Assembly: GCF_964355755.1 (NCBI RefSeq)
Contig: NC_092675.1
Coordinates: 16,030,912 to 16,094,911 of the forward strand
Direction of reading: 5' to 3'
Source of the DNA: Antedon mediterranea
Taxonomy: Eukaryota; Animalia; Echinodermata
Length of the DNA stretch: 64,000 nt
The position numbers and the translations under genes are program-made. The notes under the pieces were generated by a model that saw only the letters and a list, made by a program, of their open reading frames with translations, was not told the DNA's origin and did not search any database. Shown one piece after another: positions 48,401 through 61,700 of this stretch. Numbering within the stretch: position 1 is the first letter of the stretch; each line of letters begins with the position of its first letter.

Positions 48401-51400
48401 TTGTAATCTTAGCATTGTTTTGATAACAAAGACATTTCTGTTTAGTAAAATTCTTTTAACAATAACATTCATAACCATATATATTTAGGAAATTATATAA
48501 TTGTGCTATACTGTAGTTTACTAACTATTTTAATACAAAATGTATAATTCTCATTATATTTAAGTAGGCCTCATTTTCTTGCAATTGCATGCATTCGTAT
48601 ATTTATTTTCAATTTTAAAAGATATTAACATCCGAAAGAAAGTGAATATTGAATTATTAAGTAAATGCTGTATTGAATTACTGTTTTAAAGACTATTATT
48701 TATAATATTTTATTCAAAATTAATTATTATGAGATTACCATATCCCTGTGTGCATAATACCGCTATCTCTTTCTCTTTCCTATATAAAAAAAAGTTAAAT
48801 GAATGTTTTTATTCGCTTAATTTAACTAAATGATGTGTATTTCTTAACATGATATAATATACCTGTGCATATAGTATGATTTACTGTAGTACATTAATGT
48901 AAGTGCATACATCATACTGTAGTATCTACCTGTGCATATAGTATGATTTACTGTAGTACATTAATGTAAGTGCATACATCATACTGTAGTATCTACCTGT
49001 GCATATAGTATGATTTACTGTAGTACATTAATGTAAGTGCTTACATCATACTGTAGTATCTACCTGTGCATATAGTATGATTTACTGTAGTACATTAATG
49101 TAAGTGCATACATCATACTGTAGTATTTACCTGTGCATATAGTATGATTTACTGTAGTACATTAATGTAAGTGCATACATCATACTGTAGTATTTACCTG
49201 TGCATATAGTATGATTTACTGTAGTACATTAATGTAAGTGCATACATCATACTGTAGTATTTACCTGTGCATATAGTATGATTTACTGTAGTACATTAAT
49301 GTAAGTGCATACATCATACTGTAGTATCTACCTGTGCATATAGTATGATTTACTGTAGTACATTAATGTAAGTGCATACATCATACTGTAGTATTTACCT
49401 GTGCATATAGTATGATTTACTGTAGTACATTAATGTAAGTGCATACATCATACTGTAGTATTTACCTGTGCATATAGTATGTACCTGTGCATATAATATG
49501 ACAGTGGTTTGCATAGAGTATGAGATAGTGTGTACCTGTGCAAATATGGTATTCATAGAAAGCTTTTTTGTGTTGATTTTTTACATACATATTTACCATT
49601 AAAGTTAAAGTATATATAGACAACATCTCTCCCTTATTAATATTAATTAATAATTTAACATTGATTTTTCTTAATATGTTGTTGTGATGTGTCTGCATGT
49701 GTATATACTCACTGTATTTTCCTGACACAGGACTTTGTTGTAAGTTGTAGAAGATTGCTTTACATTTTTTTTTGGCAAGGCTATTTTTCCCATATATCAT
49801 CATGTTTTTTTCTTTTTTTTTCCATTTTAGTTAATATTGATAGAGTTTTACTACTTGCATGGATATCACCACTTTGTCAGTCTAAAGATGTTAAATAATT
49901 CACTAGAGTCTGAACTGTAATGTAATCTCAGTTCAAAAAGTCCCTGCCATGTGTCAAGTTCAGACTCTAGTTAATTTTTTAACCTCTTTGCTTCAATTAT
50001 TTATGATATTGTAGATATTTTTCTAACCACCTTTTCTAATCTCTCAAAATATATCATCTAACTTCATCTTTCACCTCTCAAAATATAAATTATCATCTAA
50101 GTTCATCTTTCCTTTTTTCTTGTATCATGTGTAGGGGTTGATGGGTATCTTGTACATTAATTGTTAACATGCTTATTTCATAAATGGTATATTCACCTTA
50201 TTGAATATTAGTTTGTGTTATTCTGATGTACTGTAATTGTAATCTACATACATTTACTATACATTACCATAACTATCACAGTGATTATTATCAACTTTCT
50301 GCTTTATACTCCTTTTATTTTTGACAAAAATTGTAATAATTTTTAGGAATCTTTGTAAAATCTACGGATTAATAGGTTACAGTTTTTTAATCAGCTTAGG
50401 TTTGTTTTAGCTTGTAGAAGTAAGATTTTAGTACAAACAAGATTGCAAAATAATTGTGTGTAAAGGCTGCTGCTACACACTAGGTCCATAACAATCGACG
50501 ATAAAAAGATAAGCATACATTTTTCTTACATAAAACAAAGGAAATTAAAACAGTTTTTCTTTCTAGAACTATCATATTGGACAATTCCATTTATGTTGAC
50601 TTTGATAAAAATAATGTTTTTTAAAATCTAATCAAATGACCTTATGATCAATAAGAACAATAAAATCGTAGTATCGTCACAATATTATTGCTCTACTACA
50701 AACCATCTTTATTTAGGTACAATTGAATATGAAGTGTTCAGTGTTCGATTGAATACTTTTTCACTCTCTGTCAATATAGTTTTTTTTAATTCATTCAAAA
50801 TATAAATGTTTTTATTGGACAAAGAAACAGTAAACCCTGCAGTTGTCCATTGAACTGTTCTTTTTTTTTCTTTTACAATTCATATATCAATAGATTTTTT
50901 TGCATGGGTGGAAACTCAATGTTTTTATGTGATGTTGTCACTTATCAAGATCAGGCTTAAAAGAAAAATACATTTTTTGATACTGTAGAGATATTCGGGG
51001 GGAAAAATAGTAGGCTGGCAGATAAAAGATTTATGAATATAGACAACCATAATCCAGCAAATCTTTTAATTTTATCCATCTCTTTGATATCGTTGTGAGG
51101 TGTTTTCCCAAATAAAACAGTACTGGATATGATCAACTAGCATTCCTTGATATTCTAGATTAATTTAAAACAAGAATGTATTATTATAGACAACCAACCC
51201 CACAAATCTTTCCATTTTATCTTTTTGTAGCATTTCAATAATTCATTAGGCCTACACATGTTTTCTACAGTATCTTAGAATGTTTGTTTCTTATAGCTTT
51301 CTGAATATTGAGTATTTATAAATGTACACATTGTAAATTTGTTTTTGCACCTCATGCTATTTTTTATTTTATCATTAGAAATTGTTATTTCCCTATGTTC

Positions 51401-54400
51401 ATATGAAACATATTCAGTGCTATATGTTTGCCTATATTTTTATTATTATTTTTTTTTTTTTTTCGGGTGTCTAAAAAACTCAGATCTCAGATATATTTGA
51501 GTTTTCTAGATCTAGAAAACTTAGATATCTGATTTTTCAAAACTCAGATATCTGAATTTTCTAGATCTAGAAAACTCAGTTATCAATACCTTAATTTTCT
51601 TGTTCCAGAATAGAACTATAAAACTCAGATCATCAAATGATTTGTTGGTAGGTCATTTTGCTCATTCCATTATCAGAGGGTAGGTCAATTGAAATACTAG
51701 AGTATTACCGTATTAAAACTGATTACTGTGTACGTTCTTTACTAATATTGTAACATTTGGAAGTGGCCTATGGCTTAAATCATAAGAAAATACAGTGCAC
51801 GTTACCGTTAAAATGTAGGCTAGTATGAGTTGGTTGGGGTACGAGTTGGTTGAGGTAAGAGTTAGCCAAGTTGGGAATAGGTACGAGTTATTTTGTGTAT
51901 GATTTGACCACTTCTAGCCTAGTAGGGCCAGGCCTACTCTTCGCGATACATCGTGATAGCGCCCACACGTTGAGCCTTGAATTGAGTTTGCAGGCCTAAA
52001 TTCTAAGCCTACATTTGAAAAGGTGTATACTGTATTTATGATTTAAGTCATAGGCCGCTACTACAAGTTACAATAATTATTATTATTAGTAAGAAAACGT
52101 ATAATACTGTAATATTTTAAGCAAGCTTCCCTCGGATTAATAATGGAACGATCCATTTGATAATCTGAGTTTTCCATTTTGGAACGAGAAAACTCAGATC
52201 TTGATATATGAGTTTTCTAGATCTAGAAAAGTCAGATATCTGAGTTTTCTAGATCTAGAAAAGTCAGATATATTTGAGATCTGAGTTTTCTAGACACCTT
52301 TATTTTTCTTTATTAAATGTGACTTTACGATCTAGAAGTGCAATGTTGGTTGTATTAAATAAGTTTTATTTTACTTTATTAGTCAGATGAGGTGTACTTA
52401 GAAGCACAAATTCAGAATATTACCAACTCACCCATGTGTATGGAGAAAGTAAATCTAGAACCATCAGCCAAGTACAATGTCAGGGAACTAAACAGTGTTG
52501 AAAGAACTCAATCTAAGTAAGTAAAAACCCACCCTGGAAATGGGGAGAGAAATTGGGATGCTCTGGGACAGATATATTTGTTAGTTTAGAATAAACAACA
52601 ATGCCGCATTCTTTTATTGATAATATTCATTCTTATATAACACTCATTGCACAATGCTTCTTAGCACTTTACATTATTACCCACATAAAATATGTATGGA
52701 AATATAATCGCTAGTAATGTGTCTTGATCTAACCAGGTACCCATTTATACCTGAGTGTAGATGAGCTACCGTAAGTAATGTGACTTGCCTAAGGATACGG
52801 TGAGAGTTATTAGAGGGATTAGAACTTATGATGTCACGATCAGTAATTGAACGTCCAACACACTATGCCTGCCACAAACTCTCTATTTTTGTTGTGTTTG
52901 ATGTTTTTTTTTCATTTAGTGAAACCACATTTGGCAAACTGAGCTACTTAAATCCAATGGACGTCCGGCAGTATCTTTACTGCTTAACCGCTAAGCAACA
53001 TCCAGGTTCTCAAAAGGTCATACTAAAAGGTGTCTCTAACATCGGCAAACTTGACATCGTGTGGAGAACCAACCTTGGGGAGAGAGGTCGTTTGCAAACC
53101 AGTCAACTTGAGAGAGTGGTAAGTTATGTTTGTCATTGACAAGATGCAGAGCTGATTAGTTTATAAGCAGGATTTATTATCCAATATTTTATCCATCTTT
53201 TAATTGGCGAGTTATTCGCTGTTGGATGTACATGAACAAAAATTACACATCAAATAGTTTATCCTTGAAATTGTAATTGGGAAGAATCTTGTTCAAAATA
53301 AAATGTCATTCTGTTGCTATGTAGTGGACTTTTTCCATGTAATCATACATTTCCATTTGGTATAAATTTATTCAATTCAACTTCAGAGAAAATATACCAT
53401 AACATGAACCATTACTAAACAAAAAGCAAAAACCCCTCTATATACCCTACAGAGTCTTTAAACATACATTTCTAAAAATGAAAAAAATATTGTACCACGC
53501 CGAGAGTGTTAAAGAGTCGCTATCCAATCAAGTTTGAACAATACCATGAAAGCCCCAGTGGTCTAATGGTTAGGACATCTGCATATCAAGCAAAAAGTTC
53601 CGGGTTTGAGTCTCCGTTGGGGCGACTTTTTCTCATTCTCACAGATTTTCTCATCTTATCGTTTCAAATCAATTAATTAAATTTCAGTATATCACCAGAC
53701 GGTTTAGAATTTATTCTGTGCCTGTGATGTTGATATATAATGTATATGTATACATTTGTGTTGTGATGTACATACGGTAATGTTTTTCTTGTAAGGCACC
53801 TGGCTATGGTGATGTACGACTTGCAATCAACGAGGTTCCAGATGGTGTACAAATTGAAAAACCATTTAATTTCAAGTGCCAGATTACAAGTTGTTGGTAA
53901 ATATATATTTGTCTTCATCTGACATGCAAACCAGTACCAACTCTTTAAAAACATAGTATAATGGCATTGGTTTGGTTTTGGCTAAACAAATCCTGAAGGC
54001 TGTATTCACCAATCACATATTTCTCTTAACTTAAGAAAAAATGAAGTGTTTCATTGAAGTGGTATTCACAAAGGTTTTAAGGTTAAGTGAAATCCTTAAC
54101 TTGGTCTATTTTTCCCTTTCACTTCCTCCTCCCTGTCCCCCAATCCTCTTACTCTTTTTTTTTAATATGCAAATTAGTTTTTAGAGAGGAAAGTGATTGG
54201 ACCATAGGGGAATTAAATCCTCTGTGATTGGACAATTGAACTCATGAATATTTATGATTATTTTTACCCTTAAATTAGGTGTTTTCCTTAGGTAAGTGAA
54301 TCCCTTAACACATTTGTGAATAACCCTTAAGTGGTTCCCTTTGTTACAGGAATTCTTAAATTTTAAGGGTAATTATTTCCCTTAGCCTAAGTGGGATAAA

Positions 54401-55032
54401 AATAGTTAAAAAGTGCTTAAGTGAAAAACTGAAGCAGTTTAGAAACTGGATTATAACAGTTTTGTATGATCAAAACCTTTTGGGTTTGTGTTTCAGTGAC
54501 CGAACAATGGAACTAAGGTTAGTTTTGACCAATACCACAAAGGGTCTGCACTGGATTGGTGTATCCGGCAAGCAGTTAGGCAAGCTTGGACCAGGGGCTA
54601 GTATGGATATTGATCTAACACTGATGGCATCTGTTCCTGGGCTACTGGTAAGACTTCAAGAATTAATTGTGACGCACCATATTATATTAGTACTGTAGTT
54701 GCATTTCTGCATATGAAGAAGAGCTACTAGAAAGGGCTTTGAACAAAAAAGGTATATGGCGGGACATAATTGTCTGGTAGATGCTCCAGATAATAATTTC
54801 TTCACAATGTTACTATAATATGATGAAAATAAGATGACGATTTGAACAGCAGAATTTCTTATAGTAATAGTTCATTTTGAATTTCTGTTTAGTTATTTTC
54901 ATATAAAAGTATATATATCTTCATTTACAGAGTATTTCTGGTCTAAGACTTACAGACCAGTACCTTAAGAGAACATACGAACATGATGACATTGCTCAAG
55001 TCTTTGTTTACACCAACTTAGAGGGTGCTTGA
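39415..55032 (+). CDS. TRAPPC13: Trafficking protein particle complex subunit 13; exons 39415-39463, 43764-43832, 44123-44222, 44543-44758, 45721-45793, 46088-46132, 52383-52516, 52920-53118, 53796-53896, 54497-54647, 54931-55032, plus candidate alternative exons 47749-47784 and 49731-49739
   Basis: Peptides EHLLSLK|[81 protein letters not shown] and [21 protein letters not shown] match TRAPPC13/C5orf44; phases are consistent. Confidence 0.96.
39543..41774 (-). mobile_element. Merlin-like (IS1016/IS1595-related) deletion derivative with ~810-bp TIRs
   Basis: Arms 39543-40354 and 40968-41774; GG...CC ends; 8-bp TSD CTAACTAC at 39535-39542 and 41775-41782. Residual ORF 40919-40764 reads ...[26 protein letters not shown]..., resembling a Merlin transposase N-terminal zinc ribbon. 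Confidence 0.75.
41848..42492. mobile_element. Foldback-type element with GGGACGATTCGGCCC repeats in its TIRs
   Basis: Repeat arrays at 41860-41920 and 42415-42492 are mutually inverted; GAAAC termini. Confidence 0.7.
42500..43079 (-). mobile_element. Decayed inverted copy of foldback family 1
   Basis: Ends GATTTCATCTAACACC, the reverse complement of the 18645 terminus; AAATTTCTATATTCAAAATTGACTAAAAA matches 18850-18880 inverted. Confidence 0.6.
45284..45543. repeat. 16-bp minisatellite, ~16 copies
   Basis: Unit ATTTATGATGAGGCCT. Confidence 0.95.
45885..45966 (-). mobile_element. tRNA-derived SINE head (Asp-like)
   Basis: Reverse strand GAGTCTAATGGTTATGACG...TTGTCAG...GGTTCGAGTC. Confidence 0.55.
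46520..46860. repeat. Tandem ~28-33-bp GTCCCCTGAATAG repeats, probably the subterminal array of a TA-flanked MITE
   Basis: About 10 units of GATGTCCCCTGAATAG(AGG/GAG)TGTC; ends ...AACAGTA. Confidence 0.75.
48861..49482. repeat. 67-bp minisatellite, ~9 copies
   Basis: Units start at 48861, 48928 ... 49464: ACCTGTGCATATAGTATGATTTACTGTAGTACATTAATGTAAGTGCATACATCATACTGTAGTAT[CT]T. Confidence 0.95.
51466..52298. mobile_element. Foldback element with ~340-bp TIRs containing TCTAGATCTAGAAAACTCAGA palindromic repeats; central GGTACGAGTTG repeat fragment
   Basis: Termini GGTGTCTA.AAAACTCAGATCTCA and TGAGATCTGAGTTTTCTAGACACC; 51660-51800 matches 52020-52150 inverted. Confidence 0.75.
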
Positions 55033-55195
55033 AAGTATGATCCAATGAGCACTCTGTGTGCACGACATTGCTCAAGTCTTTGTTTACACCAACTTAAGGG
55101 GTGCTTGAAAATATGATCCAGTGAACACTCTGTGTGCATGACATTGCTCAAGTCTGCTTTTACACCAACTTAGAGGGTGCTTGATCCAATGAACA
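54988..55195 (+). repeat. 76-bp tandem triplication spanning the TRAPPC13 stop codon
   Basis: GACATTGCTCAAGTCT... starts at 54988, 55064 and 55140. Confidence 0.9.
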
Positions 55196-56203
55196 AGCTG
55201 TGCAATATCAAATATAAGACTAACACTATCTTGAGTGATGGTAATGGTACATGACATTGTATAGACTCACCACACGACACTGGAATAATGGAACACTATA
55301 TCAGTAGAAGCTCTTTGATGTAGTCTATAAACTTTGTGACAAAAAAAATGTGATGTGCCCATATATGTACATTATGTAATATCACTACCATATTTAAGAA
55401 TATCACTACCATGTTTGGGCACAACTAGTTTGATAATGTAGACAGAGCTTTACTAAAAATCCTAATAAAAAATCTCCAAAGATCTAGGTGATGCCATAAA
55501 AATAATATGAATTCAAGTGTTTTCAATGAAGGTATTCACTGTGGATGAAGTGAATGTAGATAATGATTGTTATGTTCATTATAAAAACACAATCAGGAAT
55601 CATCTGTTTACACTATTCAATCATGTTTACTAAATGATTTTTTCAAAACAAGGTAATCATTACAGTAATCATTAGGGCCAATTTACAGTAACTGTAAACA
55701 GAAAAGCTGTATCTATCCTGAACGGAAACCGCATGTTCTCTCCGCACTTTGTGTAAATGGTCATAAGGAATAACAGGTTCTATATTTTTGTTAATACCTT
55801 TACCGCATCTGTGTAAATTGACCTTTAAGGTATATATTGGACACATTCCTATATTTTATAAATATTAAGTGGTCACTAATGTATAGAACGAACAAGATTA
55901 TTATGGTAAACCTTATTAATGTTGCATAATATATTATACAAATAATGAAGGTTTATGAGTGTAATGGTACAAATAATGGCATGAGGTGAATGATGAAAGG
56001 TTATATTTCAACGAGGCTAAAACACTTAGGCGTAGCCTAATACTAACAGGCCTTAGGCCTAGCTAGACCTACGCTGAAAGACAGCAAGACGAAATTTCAA
56101 CAGGCAACTGGAAATCATCTGGGCTAATTATGTTTTTTCCAACGATTCCACGTCTTGTAGAGATGTTCCCATTAATCAAAATCCTAAAAGTAGTACATAT
56201 ATA

Positions 56204-56529
56204 TAGAGTATCACGGTGACGTCACAACGATAGAGGGCGCTGCATGGAATGCGTTCAGCGCTACTATGTTGATAAACAGTAAAGATCTGTATTTCTATCA
56301 AATTATGTATCTTAGCTTGATTTTTTTTTAACTTAAACTGTAGTTGAAGAATAAATAGATGATTAAAAACAAATATTTAGTGATCTTTTGAAATTTAGTT
56401 TGTTTTTATTCAAAATTATTAAGTTTTAAAATGACTACTTCAATAAGCCTATTCCAAACCATTGGTGATCTTGGAGTCACTCGGGCAGGCTGAACGCATT
56501 TTTGGTTGCGCTAGCACAGTGATACTCTA
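56204..56529. mobile_element. Small TIR element with TAG...CTA ends (Academ-like), nested in another repeat
   Basis: TAGAGTATCACGGTG versus CACAGTGATACTCTA; it interrupts a repeat that lacks this insertion in the copy at ~43200-43590. Confidence 0.55.
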
Positions 56530-57099
56530 TATCTCTCCAAAAAAAGAACTACCGTCGCCAAACCAGTCGTAACAATAACATAGGTGGTGCTGTTGTATTT
56601 CAAACGCGAACAGATTTTTTTCTTCGTACACGAAAAAAAGTACTATTAAACTATCGTTTAATAGTGCATACTATTGCACGCCATGTGACCCAAAATCATC
56701 AAATCAAATTTATTTAGGTGTTATATAAATTAAAATAGGGTATGTTGAATAAATATTGTATACCTATATCAAATTGTATTATCATGAGTATTTTCTTTTT
56801 CATTATGACACACTAGTTTTTCTTAACATTATTGTATGAGTGGATGTGAGTTGCAATATTAACTAGAAGCACAATTATCCTCCGCCTAGGAATATGAAAA
56901 TTTAATTACATGTTCCCATACAGCTATGAAACCATCCTTTAACATATTATAAAAATCGGGCAATAACTTTTTGACTCATCCTGCTAACAAATAGAAAAGA
57001 AAGAAACACACAAACATGTAACCGACCATGATAACCTGTCGCCATTCTGGCTAAGATAACAATGGGTTGGTGTACAGTAGAGTGTATTTAATACATATT

Positions 57100-57230
57100 G
57101 TAGTAAGTGGCTGAGCGGTTAAGACAGTGGAACCGTAATATGTAGCCATAACATCGGCAATAGTTCGAGGCTCACTCGCTCCATGGTTCTGGTGGTAGAA
57201 CGATTTATTTCGGATAACTACCTTTATAAA
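57100..57230 (+). mobile_element. tRNA-derived SINE head
   Basis: GTGGCTGAGCGGTTAAG A-box and AGTTCGAGGC B-box. Confidence 0.55.
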
Positions 57231-58790
57231 AAACATAACAGATCAATATTGTGGTATGTTAATAATTTATTGAACAAAAATTGTGAGAACTGAGCGAAAT
57301 ACTTGACAAAATGTAATTAATATTTCGGCCCAATACTGAAGATAGGCCTACAGATACCCAACAACAATTCAGGCCGATAACTTGAACATTGTTGACGTTA
57401 TTATGAAACTAATATTGGCATTCTGCCATTATAAAATTTACTGACTATAACTTCATATCTTCTGAATATTTATATTCAAGCATGCTTTGGACATTTTTTC
57501 AATGCTGGTTAAAAAATGATTAGTTATCATAATTTTTTTGGAAAGACATTATATGGAATGTTCACTTTCCTTTGACCATTTACTGACTTATTATAAATTG
57601 AATGCATGTTTCGCAGATTTATCAGTAACAAATTGAAGATCAATTAAAAATTTGGTTGTGGCATTAAATAAATGCAATGGGTACTAAAATAATTATAGTA
57701 GTGGTAACACTTTTAAAATAAACAAGTTACCATCAAGTGTGTTGAAACATACAGTACTAGCAACATGTTGTAGGAACAAATGTAGTACTAGTTTATTAAG
57801 TAGGTAGGTAGAATAATTAGCAATGCTTTTATGACAAAGCATGCTGATAATATAAACCCAGGCTACTGAGGTGGGCTGGATATCACCCAGATGCAAACAG
57901 AAAATACTTGATACTTATACATACTGTATGAAATAGATTGTTAGCAATGGTTTTGAGTGTGTTGTCCTCTTGGAAACATAAACAAATTGACACAAGCCTC
58001 AACTGAGTGTTCATTAAATATCCTTTAAGTATTTATTTGGTATTTTTGGATGATTAGGTTACTATTTTTGTATCTTAAAATGCACCAGCTTATTTGCAAG
58101 TCATGAAATATTCAAACATTATGTGACATCCAATTTAATACGATTTTTTTTCAGTTTTAAAATGTCTATCTAGAGCCTGTTCAGACACATGTAATGGTCG
58201 TTGTGTGGTGTAAAAGATAAACCAGCTGTTTCAAAAACCCATCTCATGAGGTGGATTTTTAAATTACACCTTAAATCGTAAGCTGATTAACTACAAGATA
58301 AGGGGCAATTTGACTTTACGAGTGTAAAAAGATGCACAAAATGTGAATTTGCTGAGTAAATTTTTTCAGTTTACAAAAGTAAATTGTTTGTAGTTCGACT
58401 GGTTATTCCCAAGAGTAATTTAGGTTACACATGTAAGTGAGTTTAAAGTCTGAACACAGCCCTAATGTTATTATCTTTGCTTTAAGCGTCACAATGAATA
58501 AATAAAACAAAAACTTAGACCAATAAATCAATGCCCTTTTGAATTAACAACATTCTACATAAATTATTCCAGAAAATATTTAGTGCAACTTGTGCCAATT
58601 TTAATTCATTATAAAAAAGTATTAGTAAAATAAAAATATATTTAAAATTAACCTTAAAAATAAAATTGTAATTTTGAAGAGTTGTACGTAAAAAATACTG
58701 AACTCTATATTACAACCTTGTATAATAATTGATTAGTTCAATTCATCCTTCATCTTTTGTGATTGTCTCAAAAGTTAAAATTGAAGTCAT

Positions 58791-61700
58791 TCAAACACCT
58801 GAAATAAAAAAATAATGAAAACTAATATATATTATCAAATGTTACAGTATCGTTTATTCCTGAATGTCTCAGGCAGAAATCATGAATAATCAGGGAGTGG
58901 GCTAAATATTTCTTAAATGATAAAATGAACCGTCGGGTTCAAGTTGTTGAGCTGAAGACCTGGATTTCAAATCCCATCAAAATGTTGTTTTTTTTTAATA
59001 TTTGAGAGAGAATAGTTAAGAGGGTTATAGGTTTAGTATATAGGAAGTAGGTCAGCTATTTAGGAAATAGATCTCATGCATTATTCATGATTTCTGCCTG
59101 AGACGTCAAGGAATACAAATTTCACGTCTTGGCCATGGACTTGGTCCTGCATTGAAAAAGCAACATCAGCTCTAAAGCCGATTTTCCACTAGGATAATTT
59201 GTTCACGTGAATCCAACATTTTGCAGAGAAAAAAATTGTGCTACTTTTCAATTACAAGAGCAAATAGCTGCCACTTTCATGTTTATCGCATGCTTACTGT
59301 GCTTTTTGATTCGCATGTTATAGCACATTTCCTGAGCTCTGATTGGTTGTGCAATTTTTCGCTTCACAGAAACAAATCATATTTGCTGAATCGGAAAAAC
59401 TCAAGGAACTAGAATTTGTTGCAGAGAGGGATTTGGAACATGAATATGCATGTGTATAAGTTGATGCTGTTGATTCATGCCAACAAATTCGTCTAGTGGA
59501 AAATCGGCTTTAGTAATATAATGCTTTAATCTATAAGCAGCAATATCATAAAACATTCTCAATCGAACAGAGGAAAGCAGCAGACCTCCCTCTAATTAAA
59601 TAAGCTGTTTACACTTACTACCAGTGCCACCTCCTCCATTTGGAGGCTCTTCTTCATTTCCTCCTGGCATTTGTTGGAATTGTTGTTTTAACTGTTCAAC
59701 TAATTCTGGGTTTTGCTGCTGGACTTGTTGCGCTAACTGCTGCCCTCTATATTGTGGAAAAATGATTACATTATATTATGAAAGTATTTTGTTATCCAAT
59801 TCATATATATTATATAAAGGCGAAAACAAATTCTAAAGCTCTGTCTACACTATAAACATTGTTTGATAAGTGTGATATGCCCAAATATGGTAGTGATATG
59901 ACATCATTATGTCCATATGGGCATATCACATTTTTTGTCACATAAAGCTTGATGGCATAGAAAGAGCTTAATTCTATAGTGTTATAAATATATTTCTTGA
60001 CTCAGAGTCTAGCACTGGATGATAGAAGAGAAATTCTGGTTTCCAGTACTAGGAAAGTCGATTATGGGAGTTGATTTTAAGACATAAAATTTGAATAACA
60101 GCTGTGTACATACGCCCTGAGTAGATTGGATATACCAGCAGCTTGTTGGTTAGTGTTTGTGCCTTCTTCTGTTGGTTGGGTTTGGTCTGTACTTGTTTGA
60201 GTTGTTGAACTTTCACTTACTTGTTCTGCACCAAGTGATCCACCACCCATTCCTTGTCCTAATATTCCATGCATCCTAAAAATTGAGAACAAATGTAAAT
60301 AAATATGTAGTGGAGCTGTAACTTGTTGGTTAACGTACTTGCCTTCCCATCCCAAGGTCCAGGGTTCAATCCTGACCTAGTACCAGGGTTGTAACTCGCA
60401 ACTTTTTCAACTCCACTCTCTTAGTCTCAACAGGGAGATGTCTCTCTGGTCTCAATAAGACTTTGTTTATAAGCACAATAAATTATTAAACAGTTAATCC
60501 ATCCTGTAATTGACAGGTTTGTCCTCGCTGTTGGATGCGTATGAAATAAGTAAATAAATAAGAGGTTTCATCGATGGTTTTGGTGATTTTTTAATTCAGT
60601 ATTTAATTATCTTATTTGACATATCTGTTTCAATCAATCTACTTACTTGCATAAGTAGTAATTAAAAAGAATTCTTATTTTTTATCTTTAATATTTTTCG
60701 TGAGGTAATTTCCCGCATGATCGTAATCAAAACGGAACAAAGTTGTTTCAAAGTTCAGTTCAAAGTAAACATAATTAAAATATTTATGAAAAATTATGAT
60801 ACAATAATAAGAATAAGAATTTAATAAGGAATTTATTTTTAACGTATCTTACATTTGTTGCATCTGTGGGTTTGACATCATTTGTGATGCCTAAAAAATA
60901 AAGGTAATGTTAACGTTTAGTAAAACCAATGCTCTGTTTCTGTTCTGTATCTGTGTTTTGGTCGAATAAATAAATGAAATGAAAAGAAATGAAAAAAGAT
61001 GAAAGGGAAGTAAACCGCCTTCAATATTAAAGGATAAGTTTATTGAACTAATATTTAATTTTGAACAGTAGGTGTAATAATATAATAATAATAATAATAA
61101 AATATAGATATAATATCATGTATACGTTGAATGAGAAAATGTTTATATGTTGAAAGCATGTCTATCCTATTTAATGAGGTGGAATCAATCAAATAATATA
61201 TTCTCTCCATTCAACTGACAAACTTTCATCTGTACACTATATTATCAATAAATGTAGATGGAATTACATACCATATTCATTAACATTGGGTTATTTAAAA
61301 CAGATCCTATATCCATACCACCAAAGCTTGGTTGTACACCAAAACCACCCTGCATTCCCTGATGATGACAAAAAAATACATATAACCATAGTTGTATTGA
61401 ATAAAACATCAAACAAATAAAACAAGTCTGGCAAAGCGCGAAAATGTCTATTAAACACACATTTTAAATAAATCTTTTTAATATTAAATATTATTTTAAT
61501 AATACATTTTTTTATTGTTTCTTTTGCCTATCTGGATAAGTGTTTCTTCAAAATACCAGACTAAATATTTTGGCAAATATAAGCCTAATACAGGTCAAAT
61601 TAGCAATTTAAGTAACTGTACCTATCTCTTGTATATTAAACAACAGTGAAAGAGGTAGTAAAAAGTAGATTTTGCCATGCACTTGTGACGTGACAGCAAT

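Noticed and set aside
50135-50144. Further AG...GT microexon candidate in the long TRAPPC13 intron (also ~48622-48641)
   Set aside because: Lengths of 10 and 20 nt are not frame-preserving alone and the donors are weak.
57315-57355. Hammerhead-like GGCCGAAA on the minus strand
   Set aside because: No CUGANGA core at the right position.
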